Positions 1-10,237 of a stretch of 64,000 bases of DNA are shown here, piece by piece. This stretch comes from Kiritimatiellia bacterium. Lineage in GTDB: Bacteria > Verrucomicrobiota > Kiritimatiellia > JAAZAB01. Numbering within the stretch: position 1 is the stretch's first letter; the number at the start of each line of letters is the position of its first letter. Where the stretch lies: contig JAXGPF010000009.1 in the NCBI GenBank assembly GCA_040767085.1, forward strand, positions 128,001 to 192,000. The letters run 5' to 3'. The notes under the pieces are model-generated. The model searched no databases and had not been told where the DNA came from. It saw only the letters and a list, made by a program, of their open reading frames with translations. The translations under genes were made by a program, and so were the position numbers.

Positions 1-1
1 T

Positions 2-532
2 AGTGAACGGGACTGGGCCAACCAGATCGCCAGAGTCCGCAGTGCGCTCCGACCTGTCATCGCGGAACAATGGAACGGAGAAGCAGAGACGTTTTGCCAG
101 TGGTCTACGGAGTTCGCCGGGCCAGCGAAATCCGAAGGGCACCAGACTCATACGATACCCAATCGCTATCGGTTTACCCATGGCGGGCGTTTCGTAGACA
201 TCGATGTCGGCACGATCCACAGTGCGAAGGGCCAGACGCACACCGCGACACTACTTATGGAAACTTATTTTAAGAAGCATGACATGGAGGATCTACTCCG
301 GTGGATCTCCGGAGAGATGTGCGGTGCCACTTCCGAAACGGGGAAGGAACGACCGGAGCGGATGCGCCTTGTCTACACCGCCATGACCCGCCCAAGCCAT
401 CTTCTCTGTCTTGCAATGCGAAAAACTATGATCGAACAAATAAACACGGAAAGCGAAACTCGGCATCGGCTTACGAAACGCGAATGGACGCTGATTGATC
501 TAGACTCCTCCAAAGGAGACCCTAATGGCTAA
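2..532 (+). CDS. UvrD/Rep (SF1) helicase, C-terminal part (5'-truncated by window)
   Basis: Frame is open from base 2 and reads ...IDVGTIHSAKGQTHTATLLMETYF...RMRLVYTAMTRP (SF1 motifs V and VI); its stop overlaps the next gene's start. Confidence 0.85.
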   Translation, partial: SERDWANQIARVRSALRPVIAEQWNGEAETFCQWSTEFAGPAKSEGHQTHTIPNRYRFTHGGRFVDIDVGTIHSAKGQTHTATLLMETYFKKHDMEDLLRWISGEMCGATSETGKERPERMRLVYTAMTRPSHLLCLAMRKTMIEQINTESETRHRLTKREWTLIDLDSSKGDPNG

Positions 533-2233
533 ATCTGAAACACCTGTAGAAGAATTGGTTGGAATGATCGAGCGCGGCGAACTGCGCTTACCCGAAATGC
601 AGCGCCGGTACGTCTGGCGCTCAACCAGAGTGCGAGATTTGCTCGATTCACTCTATCGCGGCTATCCGTCCGGTGCAATCCTCCTTTGGGAGACCGACGA
701 GACAGTGCCGTTGCAGGAGATGGCTGTCACTCAGCAGAAGAATCCCTATCAGAGCACAAAGTTGTTGCTCGACGGCCAGCAACGGCTCACCTCTCTACTT
801 GCGGTGGTCCATGGTTCGCCGGTTACGGTACGTGGAAGACGAAGACCCATCGAATTGCTCTTTAACTTGGAACACCCGGACCAGTTGTCCGTCGTGACCG
901 AAGTCAACGAGGACAATGACGACGACGATGACCTGATCGAGGACGAGCAGGATTCATCCGAAGACGAACTGCAGAAACGTTTTAACAAGATGACATTTGT
1001 GGTGACCACCAAGAAATTGGAGCAGCTTCCCCAGTGGGTGAAGGTCACAGATGTGTTCAAGACCGACAGCGACTCCATTTTTCTCAAACGAGCAGGCGTC
1101 AACAACTTAGATGATCCGCGATGTGAGAAATATAGCCAGCGCCTGGCTCGCCTGCGCAGCATCCGCAAATACGCCTATCACGTAGACGTTTTGGAAAGAG
1201 GGTTGTCCTACGCCGAAGTAACGGAAATATTCGTCCGCGTTAACTCCTTAGGCGCCAAGCTCCGCAGTTCTGATCTTGCGCTCGCCCAGATTACAGCGAA
1301 GTGGCGGAACTCTCTTAAGATCTTTCAAGCGTTCCAGACGCAATGCGCAAAACTTGGTTTCGACCTCGACCTTGGCATTTATATTAAGAATTTGATTGTC
1401 TTTGCCACCGGCCAGTCACGATTTCTGACCGTGGGTGGGCTCTCTCTTGAAATCTTGCAGGAGAGTTGGAAAAAATGCTGTGAGGGTATAGAATTCGCGC
1501 TCAACTTTCTGAAGTCCAACGCGGGGATCGACAGTCCGGCGTTGCTCTCTTCTCCATTCATGGCTGTGACACTGGCTTTTTATGGTCAACGATGCGACTA
1601 TCAGATCGCACCGGAGGAGGCTGAACGTTTGCGCTACTGGGTGTTGGTAGCCAACGCAAAGGGCCGCTATTCGCGCGGTTCAAGCGAAACGCTCCTCGAT
1701 CAAGATCTCACAACGTTGAAACAAAGCGGCGGCGCAGCAGCACTCATTGACCGGCTGCGTCTGCAAGTAGGTCGTCTCGACATCGCCCCGGACGAGTTAG
1801 TGGGTCGCAACCAGCGAAGCGCCTTGTTCAAGACCATGTTCCTTGCATTCCGTGCTGCTGGTGCCAAGGACTGGCGCTCAAACCTGTCCATCTCTCTCGA
1901 TCATTCCGGTTCACACCATCGTTTGCAGTTCCACCATATCTTCCCTAAGGCCTTACTCAAAAGTTCATACACCGGCCGGGAGGCAGACGACATCGCAAAC
2001 CTGTGTTTCATTTCTGGCAAGACCAACCGTCAGATCAGCAATAAGCCTCCAGTCAATATTTCCAGCCCCTGATCGACAAAGGCGGCCTCGTGGCGTTCGA
2101 GGCCCAAAGCATTCCGACAGATTCCGCCCTCCTGGATATTAACGGCTACAAGGCCTTCTTGGTCAAGAGGCGGGAGTCAATAGCGGCACGACTTAACGGA
2201 TTTCTCGGGCAAACAACCCATGGCAGACTGTAA
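525..2233 (+). CDS. GmrSD-like type IV restriction protein (DUF262 + C-terminal HNH/DUF1524), frameshifted near 2050
   Basis: LPEMQRRYVW, LLDGQQRLTSL and FVRVNSLG (DUF262); HHIFPK...IANL...N (HNH). The ORF stops at 2072, but another frame continues SQYFQPLIDKGG...FLVKRRESIAARLNGFLG to TAA at 2231-2233. Confidence 0.85.
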
Positions 2234-2396
2234 ACCATATGCGGCGTATCTGAACATGCTCGTCAAGAGCCTTTGGGATTATCAGCAGAATTATATTCTG
2301 GATGCGATGTCCCTTCTCGATAGGCCATTCGCTCAAGGTAAGCGTCCGGCCGGGCGCCTTCTATGCAGGGCCGCCGGGATGTGATAAACCGGCGGC

Positions 2397-2741
2397 ATGA
2401 AGACCAAACAATGCGGAGGCAGACGGGGGCGTGCGCTGCGGACAGCGGCGCAACGGCAGGAACTGGTTCAGGCATGGCGGGCGGCGGGCGTTACGCAGGC
2501 GAAGTATTGCGCCCGACACGGCATCCACCCCACCACATTCAGCACATGGTGCCGCAAGGCGCCCCAAGCAACTGGCGGCGGCCAGACCAAGGCTGGCGTT
2601 AAATTCGCGGAGTTCAAGATGGCTCTCGGCGGGATGGCGCCGATTGAGGTGGTGTTGCCCAATCGCGTGACGATCCGGCTGCGTGACGCGGGCTTGTGCC
2701 GGGAACTGCTGCCGGTGCTGCGCGGGGAAGTGTCATGTTGA
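2397..2741 (+). CDS. tnpA: IS66 accessory protein TnpA (HTH)
   Basis: WRAAGVTQAKYCARHGIHPTTFSTW HTH; overlaps tnpB. Confidence 0.85.
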   Translation: MKTKQCGGRRGRALRTAAQRQELVQAWRAAGVTQAKYCARHGIHPTTFSTWCRKAPQATGGGQTKAGVKFAEFKMALGGMAPIEVVLPNRVTIRLRDAGLCRELLPVLRGEVSC

Positions 2742-3085
2742 ACTTCACCGGGGCATTGAAAGTGTTTGTGGCGGTGCAGCCGGCGGACTTGCGCAAGAGC
2801 TTTTCCGGGTTATATGCGCTGACGGCGAATGTGTTGAACGAGCGGCCGGATTCGGGCGGATTGTTCGTGTTCACCAATCAGCGGCGGAACCGGGTGAAGG
2901 CGCTGTATTGGGACGGGACGGGATTTTGGGTTATGACCAAGCGGTTGGAGCGCGGGACGTTTTCCTGGCCGGCGGTGGTTGGTGAGCATAGCGGCAAGCT
3001 GGAGTTGCGTCCGGAAGCGTTGGCGCTGTTACTGGATGGGGTGGATTTGCGGGAGGGCCGGCTGCGCCCCTGGTACCAGCGGTAA
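2735..3085 (+). CDS. tnpB: IS66 accessory protein TnpB
   Basis: DLRKSFSGL...LFVFTN...KALYWDGTGFW...KRLERGTF signature. Confidence 0.92.
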   Translation: MLNFTGALKVFVAVQPADLRKSFSGLYALTANVLNERPDSGGLFVFTNQRRNRVKALYWDGTGFWVMTKRLERGTFSWPAVVGEHSGKLELRPEALALLLDGVDLREGRLRPWYQR

Positions 3086-3158
3086 AACGCAAAAATAATT
3101 TCACGCGCTGCAAGAATTTGCTTTTTATTCATGCGTCCATGCCCATATAATATGGGGC

Positions 3159-6100
3159 ATGCAAACGCCTGAAAAAGAGATGAAAACACCTGGCTCCCTA
3201 ACCAGAATTTGTGGGTAAAAAACAGGTTTTTAAAGTTTAAAGAAGTTCTCCAAGCAATGGCGCCCAAAAGATGGTGGAATTATTAACAGCCTGCGCTTTG
3301 GGCGTTTGGCGGCCCCGCAACAGCCTGATTATGCTCTGATTGGCGCGATGGCGGAACGGAGATAAAGCGGCGGCAAAAAAATGAGCTGGCCTTTCCGTAA
3401 TCCATTGCGTATGCAATGGGTGAACACAAAAAAAGGAGGACCAGCCCAAGGTGAAGCTTAAAACAATGGCTCACTAACCAGAATTTGTAGGTAAAACAGG
3501 TTTTAAAGTTTAAGAAGTTCTCCAAGCAATGGCGCTAAAAGATGGTGGAGTTATTAACAGCCTGCCGCTTTGGGCGTTTTGGCGGCCCCACAACAGCCTG
3601 ATTAATAACTCCTGATTAACGCGATGGCGGAACGGAGATAAAGCGGCGGCAAAAAAATAGGCTGGCCTTTCCGTAATCATTGCGTGGCCACGTGGGTGAA
3701 CACAAAAAAAGGGAGGACCAGCTGGGTAAGAGCTTAAAACAATTTTGAATCGTTTGCAACCTTTGAAACGTTTTATTTATCAGGAAACTTGTATGGTTTT
3801 GGATCATCGCGGCCAATGGAAAGTGGATATAAAGCATTCGTCCGCATCGCCAACGCGCGGCATGCTGCTCGCGTTGCGGGCGACCGCTGGCGACATACGA
3901 CACTCTGCCTGAACGGATATGGGCGTTTGTGCCCATTTTGAATGTGCCGGCTTTTTTGCATTATAGTCCGCGCCGGGTAAATTGCCCCGAACATGGCGTG
4001 GTGGGCGCTGCCTTGGAGCGATGGCAAACGACCCTACAGCAAGGCGCTGATGCTTTTTTGGGGAACTGGGCGCGGAGGTTGTCCTGGAAAGAGACGAGGC
4101 GCTGATTTTAAAGTCAGTTGGCAGGCGGTTTATCGGTCGGTCAGGTGGATGGTGGAATAGGGCTTGGCGCGGCTGAGTCAGCAATAACGGCGATTGGTGT
4201 TGATGAACTCCACGTAGGCAACGGTAAAAAGAGCAGGAGCATACGCGACTGATCTATCAGATTGATGCACCAATGCCGCCGATTGCTCTGGGTCGGCCAA
4301 ACCCGCCGGGCGGCCGCGCTGCGTAAGGGTTGCAATCTTCCGGGAAAACCCGTGCTGGCCGGCATTCGACATATATGTAGCGATATGTGGCGACCTTATC
4401 TGAAAGTCATTGCTGCGAGCCTCAGCCACGGTTGCCACATGATTGACCGCTTCCATGTCGTGCAAACCTTGAATGCCGCCGTGGACGAGGTCCGGCGCCG
4501 GGATATGGCGGCGATGACGGCGCGTCCGGCGGCCAAGCAAGAAACTCAAGAAAATGCGCTGGACCTTGCTGCGCCGCAAAACCGCGTGCGCAGCAAAGCT
4601 CGCGAAATGCTTGATCGGATATTGGGCACAAGACTGCAAACCGGCCGCGCCTATTTGTTCAAGAAAGCTTTCAGCATTTTTGGAGCTATCACAAGCCAAC
4701 CTGGGCGCGTAATTATCTCCAGGCATGGGTCAAGCGCGCCTGTCGTAGCCGCATTGCGCCAATCATTAAGGCGGCTAAAACCATTGCTAAACACGAGGAG
4801 CTGCTTTTGAACTGGATCAGAGCCCAGAAACGAGGTTTTTACTGCCGGCCGCAACCGAGGGCTTGAACAAGCGAAGCTCAGTGGTTACCAAACGATCTTA
4901 TGGCTTCAGAACTTTTCGGCGCGGAAATGGCTATATCGCTTTTACCGGGCAATTGCCAGGCGGTAATCACCCACAAATTCTGGTGAAACAAAACACTGAT
5001 TGAACTGCTTGAGCGCTACAAAAACAGCTTCAGGCGTTGCAAGATCAGGACCAGGCGTTGCGGATCGAGAACAAGCTGCTGCATGCTGAAGGTACAGTTT
5101 TTACTGAAGCGGATGTTCGGGCGCAAGAGCGAGAAGATAGACCCGCGGCAACTGGAATTGTTGTTGCAAGGGTTGGCAGTGGAAGAGACGCCGCCGGAAG
5201 ATGATCCGCCGCCCAGTCCCCCGAGTCCGCCGCGCGCGCCGCGCGAAAAGAACAAGCCGCGGATGCCCGCGGATTTGCCGGTGGAAGAAGAAGTCATTAT
5301 TCCGGAAGCCGTGGAACAGAATCTCGCGAAGGCTTACAAGTGTATCGGCGAAGAAGTCACAGAGGAACTGGATGTTGACCCGGCGCGGTATTTCCAGAAA
5401 CGCGGATCATTCGCCGCAAGTATGTCCGCAAAGACCGCGCGGAGCAGGCGCCGATCATTGCGCCGCTGAAGCCGCGTCTGATAGAAGGCAGCTATGCCAG
5501 CGTGGGATTGGTGACGGACATCATTTTGAAGAAATACGTGGATCACCTGCCGCTATACCGGCAGGAACGCATTTTAAAGACCCGGCACGGGATAGACTTG
5601 TCGCGGAAAACAATGTGCGACTGGGTGGGTAAGACCGCGGTTTTGTTGGGGCATTTTGCAGCATGTCCGCACGGGCTTGAAAAGCAGCGGATATTTGCAA
5701 ATAGACGAAACGCCGGTGCGATATTGCCGGGATGATGGCGGCGGCGGCGGCCAGGATACTTATGGGCGTATCATCATCGGTGAAGATGTGTTATTTGAAT
5801 GGCATACCAGCCGGAGCGCGGGATTGTTTGGAGCGGATGCTGCAGGTAATTTCAGCGGCACGGCGCAGAGCGGCGGATATGCGCTGCCCGGCTTTCGCGA
5901 AACAACCGGATTGTGTTGGCAGGCTGCTGGGCGCATGCGCAGCGCAAATTCAAGGATGCCGTAGAAGAAACGCCTGGGATGGCGGTGGATTGCTTGAATC
6001 AGATAGGCTTGTTATATGACATTGAAGCCGGTTTGCGTAATCCGGAGTATGCGCGCATTTGCGGCAGGTGGCCCGGAGTGCCGCCAGCCGGATGATTTTG

Positions 6101-6499
6101 GCGCGGATACAAAAAGCTTTGCGCCAGAAAATGCCGGCATATCTGCCGCAAAGCCGGATGGGGCTGGCAATCGGTTATGCGTTGTCCCGCTGGGAACAAC
6201 TGGAACGTTACATGCATGACGGCCGGATTGAAATAGACAACAACCTGGTGGAAAACGCCATCCGGCCGACGGCGCTGGGTAAAAAAAACTGGTTGTTCTT
6301 CGGCGCGCCGGATGCGGGACAAAGGTCCGCGATCATCTACACGCTGCTGGAAAGCTGCCGTCGGTACGGAATCAACCAGCGGGAATACCTGCTGGATGTG
6401 CTGACCCGCCTGCCGGCTATGAAAATCACTGAGGTGGCGGAACTGACGCCCGCCCGCTGGCAGGCCGCCAGAAAAGCCGCTCAAAATCAAGCGGCATAA
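3159..6499 (+). pseudogene. tnpC: IS66 transposase TnpC, interrupted by ISL3 and multiply frameshifted
   Basis: Starts MQTPEKEMKT at 3159 and resumes LIELLE at ~4997; fragments FGRKSEK, KYVDHLPLYRQ, QIDETPV, GCWAHAQRKF and IDNNLVENAIRPTALGKKNWLF lie in different frames. Confidence 0.9.
3192..4989 (+). mobile_element. Degenerate ISL3 copy with a duplicated left end, nested in tnpC
   Basis: Left IR GGCTCC-TAACCAGAATTTGTGGGT at 3192 and again at 3468; right end CCCACAAATTCTGGTGAAAC; flanks AAAACAC(C)T/AAAACACT; many indels relative to the intact copies at 17686, 19954 and 22571. Confidence 0.88.
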
Positions 6500-6771
6500 T
6501 TATTGCCAATGCAGTTTAACATGGCCGGACCGTTTGTATAGAAGGTGCTGGACCGGACGCTTACCGCTCAGGAGCACTTGGTCCAGTGTTCAAGAAGGTC
6601 GTCTGATCACACCATCCTCTTTCGTCCATGGGCACCAGAGCAAGAATGTCGTGCCCTTCTGAGCCTTATCAGTAATGAAAGCCGACACAGGTGGTTTTCG
6701 GCGCATGAAGGCGTAAGCGTCCGATCGAGCACCCCCTATGCAGGTCCGCCGGGATGTGATAGACCGGCGGC

Positions 6772-7116
6772 ATGAAAACCAAACAACGCGCAGGTAGACG
6801 GAGCCGGGTGCTGCGGACAGCGGCGCAACGGCAGGAACTGGTTCAGGCATGGCGGGCGGCGGGCGTTACCCAGGCGCAGTATTGCGCCCGACACGGCATC
6901 CACCCCACCACATTCAGCACATGGTGCCGCAAGGCGCCCAATGCAACTGGCGGCGGCCAGACCAAACCTGGCGTTAAATTCGCGGAGTTCAAGATGGCTC
7001 TCAGCGGGATGGCGCCGGTTGAGGTGGTGTTGCCCAATCGTGTGACGATACGGCTGCGTGACGCGGGCTTGTGCCGGGAACTGCTGGCAGTGCTGCGCGG
7101 GGAAGTGTCATGTTGA
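6772..7116 (+). CDS. tnpA: IS66 TnpA
   Basis: Near-identical to 2397-2741. Confidence 0.85.
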   Translation: MKTKQRAGRRSRVLRTAAQRQELVQAWRAAGVTQAQYCARHGIHPTTFSTWCRKAPNATGGGQTKPGVKFAEFKMALSGMAPVEVVLPNRVTIRLRDAGLCRELLAVLRGEVSC

Positions 7117-7460
7117 ACTTCACCGGGGACTTGAAAGCGTTTGTGGCGGTGCAGCCGGCGGACTTGCGCAAGAGCTTTTCCGGGTTATATGCGCTGACGG
7201 CGAATGTGTTGAACGAGCGGCCGGATTCGGGCGGATTGTTCGTGTTCACCAATCAGCATCGGAACCGAGTGAAGGCGCTGTATTGGGACGGGACGGGATT
7301 TTGGGTTATGACCAAGCGGTTGGAGCGCGGGACGTTTTCCTGGCCGGCAGTGGTTGGTGAACATAGCGGCAAGTTGGAGTTGCGTCCGGAAGCATTGTCA
7401 ATGCTGCTGGATGGGGTGGATTTACGTGAAGGCCGGCTGCGTCCCTGGTACCAGCGGTAA
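7110..7460 (+). CDS. tnpB: IS66 TnpB
   Basis: Near-identical to 2735-3085. Confidence 0.9.
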   Translation: MLNFTGDLKAFVAVQPADLRKSFSGLYALTANVLNERPDSGGLFVFTNQHRNRVKALYWDGTGFWVMTKRLERGTFSWPAVVGEHSGKLELRPEALSMLLDGVDLREGRLRPWYQR

Positions 7461-7725
7461 AACGCAAAAATAATTTCACTTGCTGCACAAATTTGCTTTT
7501 GTTCATACGTCCATGCCCATATGTAGATTCCGGAGCCTGACCACAGCAATTGGATGACAATTAAGGTTTTATAAAGACTTTGCCACCCTAAAAAAAGCTT
7601 ATACGCAATTATTGGCCTGAAAAATCGCTTTTAACTTATTGAATATTGTTCGCGGGCAGATCGAAACCGTCAATTCCGCCCGCCGGGGGATGTTAGGCCA
7701 AACAGACAGGTACGGATGCTTTTCA

Positions 7726-8763
7726 ATGAAAGCAAAATCAGTGATAAATTACCGGATGCCCGGAAATCTGTCGGTTTTTCAGGCAAAAATGTATAAGCAC
7801 TTGATTGACTGGAAACGCAGCCATATCACGGATAAACCGGGGTATTATGCGGGACGCGAATACGACACCGTTTTGCCGGATGAATTCAAGGGACAATTGC
7901 CGCATCTGTACAAGCCTGTCCGGCAGCGATTCCTTGACCACCAGCAGTCGTTTCACTTCAAAACCCACAAATTTTCCGACCACATGGCAAGTTCCCAGGT
8001 GGCCTGCGCGAATCTCTTCCTCCCAATTTTGGCACAGCCGGCTGTTGCCCCAGCAATCTTACAGGCGGTGAAACCTGATCTTGCGACGATCGCCACGGAT
8101 CAACTGGATTCAGGGTTCCGCATCGAGTTCTGGGATGAAGACCGGAATGGCAATCCCGGCCAGAAGGGGCTGCTTGGCGATCATAACCGCACCGCCGGCA
8201 CGGACGCCGATTTCGCCATCGCTTACCGGAACCATGACACTCAATTGTGCCTCTGGTTGATTGAGCACAAACTGACTGAGCAGGAATTCACAACCTGCGG
8301 CGGCGCAAAGAGCAAAGGTCGGCAGGCCGGCAAGCATTCATGTGATTCAATCGCTGAAATACTCAAAAACCCAAACTTCTGCTATTATCACAGCGCCTGC
8401 CGATATGAATACTGGAAGATTACCAACAGGGCCCCTGCCGAATTTCCCCGCAGTAACCTCTTAAAAACTGGTGAATGCCCTTTCAAGGGTGGACTCAATC
8501 AGCTTTGGCGTAATCAGCTCTTGGCAATTGCGATTGAAAACTCACCTGACTGGCCATACAAAAAAGTCTTTTTCTCCGTGGTCTATCATCCTAAGAATAC
8601 CGCATTGGCGGCATCCATGGATGCGTTTATGGCCCTCACGGGTAATTCCGGTCGGTTCACCAGCTTCACATCCGACGGCCTTGTCGAGAAGGCCGAGTCA
8701 TGCAATTCAACCGCACTCAGAGATTGGGCGGCTTGGTACAATGATTTGTATCTTGTCGGATAA
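7726..8763 (+). CDS. PD-(D/E)XK nuclease, PGN_0703-like putative restriction endonuclease
   Basis: HMASSQVACANLF, TDAD...LIEHKLTE (D-ExK), Cys clusters and NQLWRNQLLA; start codon uncertain. Confidence 0.7.
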   Translation: MKAKSVINYRMPGNLSVFQAKMYKHLIDWKRSHITDKPGYYAGREYDTVLPDEFKGQLPHLYKPVRQRFLDHQQSFHFKTHKFSDHMASSQVACANLFLPILAQPAVAPAILQAVKPDLATIATDQLDSGFRIEFWDEDRNGNPGQKGLLGDHNRTAGTDADFAIAYRNHDTQLCLWLIEHKLTEQEFTTCGGAKSKGRQAGKHSCDSIAEILKNPNFCYYHSACRYEYWKITNRAPAEFPRSNLLKTGECPFKGGLNQLWRNQLLAIAIENSPDWPYKKVFFSVVYHPKNTALAASMDAFMALTGNSGRFTSFTSDGLVEKAESCNSTALRDWAAWYNDLYLVG

Positions 8764-8764
8764 C

Positions 8765-9784
8765 CTAATATTCCCGAACCTGCCCGGGTTTAAGCCCGGC
8801 ACGAAGTTGGCGTATGTGCTGGACCTCGACCGATTCGTTTCCCGGAAGTGGATGGTCCTTTTTGATCGCGGCCGTTTTCGCTACGCTTTTCAGCTTTTTC
8901 AAGGTCTGGCTGCCGGCTAGTGCCCCACCCTGTTCGTCATACCAGTCAAACCATGGCAGGCCGGCTACCGTATATTCCTTAGCCGTGAACGGCACCACGG
9001 GCGAATGAGCGCCGGTAATTTGCCGCCATATCATGGAGTTGGCAATATGCACAAAGCACCGGCTGGTATTGGCCGTGTCCCAGTCGCTTAAATCATACGG
9101 ATCCTTGTAAATAGCCTGTTTCATCCGCCCGCCGGGCGCCAGCCCCATGCCGTATTCCATGCTTTTATCGCAGAGCACACAAGAGGCGCGTGTTGTTTCT
9201 CTGAATATTTGCCGGACTGGAAAACGGCGCAAAAAAACATCACGTTTCATGGGGCACGCCATGATTTGCAGTCCGCCATGCTCGGCTTTGGTGGTAATCT
9301 GTTCCTCAACGGTGTAGCCGGAACCGAGCGGCATTGCGACAAACTGCCGGATCACCCCTTTTTCGACACAGTAGCCGTCAAGCCAGGGCTGTTTCGGGAT
9401 GACCATGTAATTCTGAGGCTTGCAGGCGATGGTGTTTTGCCATACTTTGCCGGTAATGGCGTTGATTTTTCCAGTAGCCACAATCACGGCAAATGGATAT
9501 TCGACATCCCGGTTCCAATCATTTTCTGACTTAAAATTCAGCCAGAGCGCTTCGGATTGATACATGGGGAGCATAACGCCGCCATGCTCCAGCCAAGAGG
9601 ATGATACCTGGCCGTCATGGTCGTCCACATGGCAGAGCGGAAAACGTCCAAGGCCGGGCGGCAGTGGATAATATTTACCATCATCGGGAATGCGCAGTGT
9701 GCGTTGAAATCCCACCCGCATCGTGGCACTGGGATGGACTTCCGGGAATGAAAATACGAGTTGATTGTCTTGAATTTCAATCAT
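8765..9784 (-). CDS. Conserved uncharacterised protein
   Basis: 339-aa ORF with FQRTLRIPD..YPLPPGLGRFPL, PMYQSEALW and QPWLDG...IRQFVAMPLGSGYTVE motifs, which I recall from a widespread family of unknown function. Confidence 0.8.
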   Translation of the reverse strand: MIEIQDNQLVFSFPEVHPSATMRVGFQRTLRIPDDGKYYPLPPGLGRFPLCHVDDHDGQVSSSWLEHGGVMLPMYQSEALWLNFKSENDWNRDVEYPFAVIVATGKINAITGKVWQNTIACKPQNYMVIPKQPWLDGYCVEKGVIRQFVAMPLGSGYTVEEQITTKAEHGGLQIMACPMKRDVFLRRFPVRQIFRETTRASCVLCDKSMEYGMGLAPGGRMKQAIYKDPYDLSDWDTANTSRCFVHIANSMIWRQITGAHSPVVPFTAKEYTVAGLPWFDWYDEQGGALAGSQTLKKLKSVAKTAAIKKDHPLPGNESVEVQHIRQLRAGLKPGQVREY

Positions 9785-9813
9785 GGCGAATCCTTTTGAT
9801 GACGATGTTCAAC

Positions 9814-10164
9814 CTACCAATGCCCGTCGCGGACCTCCCGAACCACCCGCAAAACAGCATGATCTGGGGCGTCCTTTAATTCCCGGATCATATCCGCAAA
9901 CAGGCGGGGGCGCTTCATGATGATCTGGCGCAGGTCGGACGAGACTTTGCCCGCCATGGCAAGCAGGATGTCGTGGTCTTCCTGAAGCGCCTCGGCCAGG
10001 CGCCGGATAGTGGCTTCGGATGGTGGCGGAGTCGCATCTCTTTCTATTTTACTGAGATACGACGGCTCCAAGCCAATCCTACATGCCACCTTACGGACGG
10101 TATATTCCGACTTGATTTGCAATAATTTTTCTCTTTTTGCACGAATATATTTGCCAAAACTCAT
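9814..10164 (-). CDS. XRE-family HTH transcriptional regulator
   Basis: FGKYIRAKRE...VRKVACRIGLEPSYLSKIER HTH_3 pattern. Confidence 0.9.
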   Translation of the reverse strand: MSFGKYIRAKREKLLQIKSEYTVRKVACRIGLEPSYLSKIERDATPPPSEATIRRLAEALQEDHDILLAMAGKVSSDLRQIIMKRPRLFADMIRELKDAPDHAVLRVVREVRDGHW

Positions 10165-10237
10165 AGTGCTGTGTAGTATGTTCTACACAGAACTTTACGT
10201 CAAGAATATTTTGATGAATTTTTCATCTGGAGTACAA

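Larger units (their letters stand above)
2338..6564 (+). mobile_element. IS66-family element (copy 1) carrying a nested ISL3
   Basis: Terminal IRs GTAAGCGTCC (2338) and GGACGCTTAC (ends 6564); near-identical 8-bp flanks CGCTCAAG/CGCTCAGG; tnpA-tnpB-tnpC order. Confidence 0.92.
2220..6712 (+). pseudogene. Gene broken by two IS66 insertions; N-terminal fragment possibly of a PD-(D/E)XK (PGN_0703-like) nuclease
   Basis: ATG 2220 reads MADCKPYAAYLNMLVKSLWDYQQ...LDRPFAQ up to the IS66 at 2338, resumes after 6564 (...LSLISNESRHRWF) and is cut by the second IS66 at 6713. The family guess rests only on the RHRWF-like motif. Confidence 0.4.
6713..7520 (+). mobile_element. IS66 copy 2, truncated (left IR + tnpA + tnpB only)
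   Basis: GTAAGCGTCC at 6713; near-identical to 2338-3147; similarity ends ~7520 before tnpC. Confidence 0.88.

Noticed and set aside
7630-7700. Second possible attI/cassette start (ATATTGTTCGCGG, GTTAGGC) before the nuclease gene
   Set aside because: No complementary R'' site or attC palindrome found after the gene.
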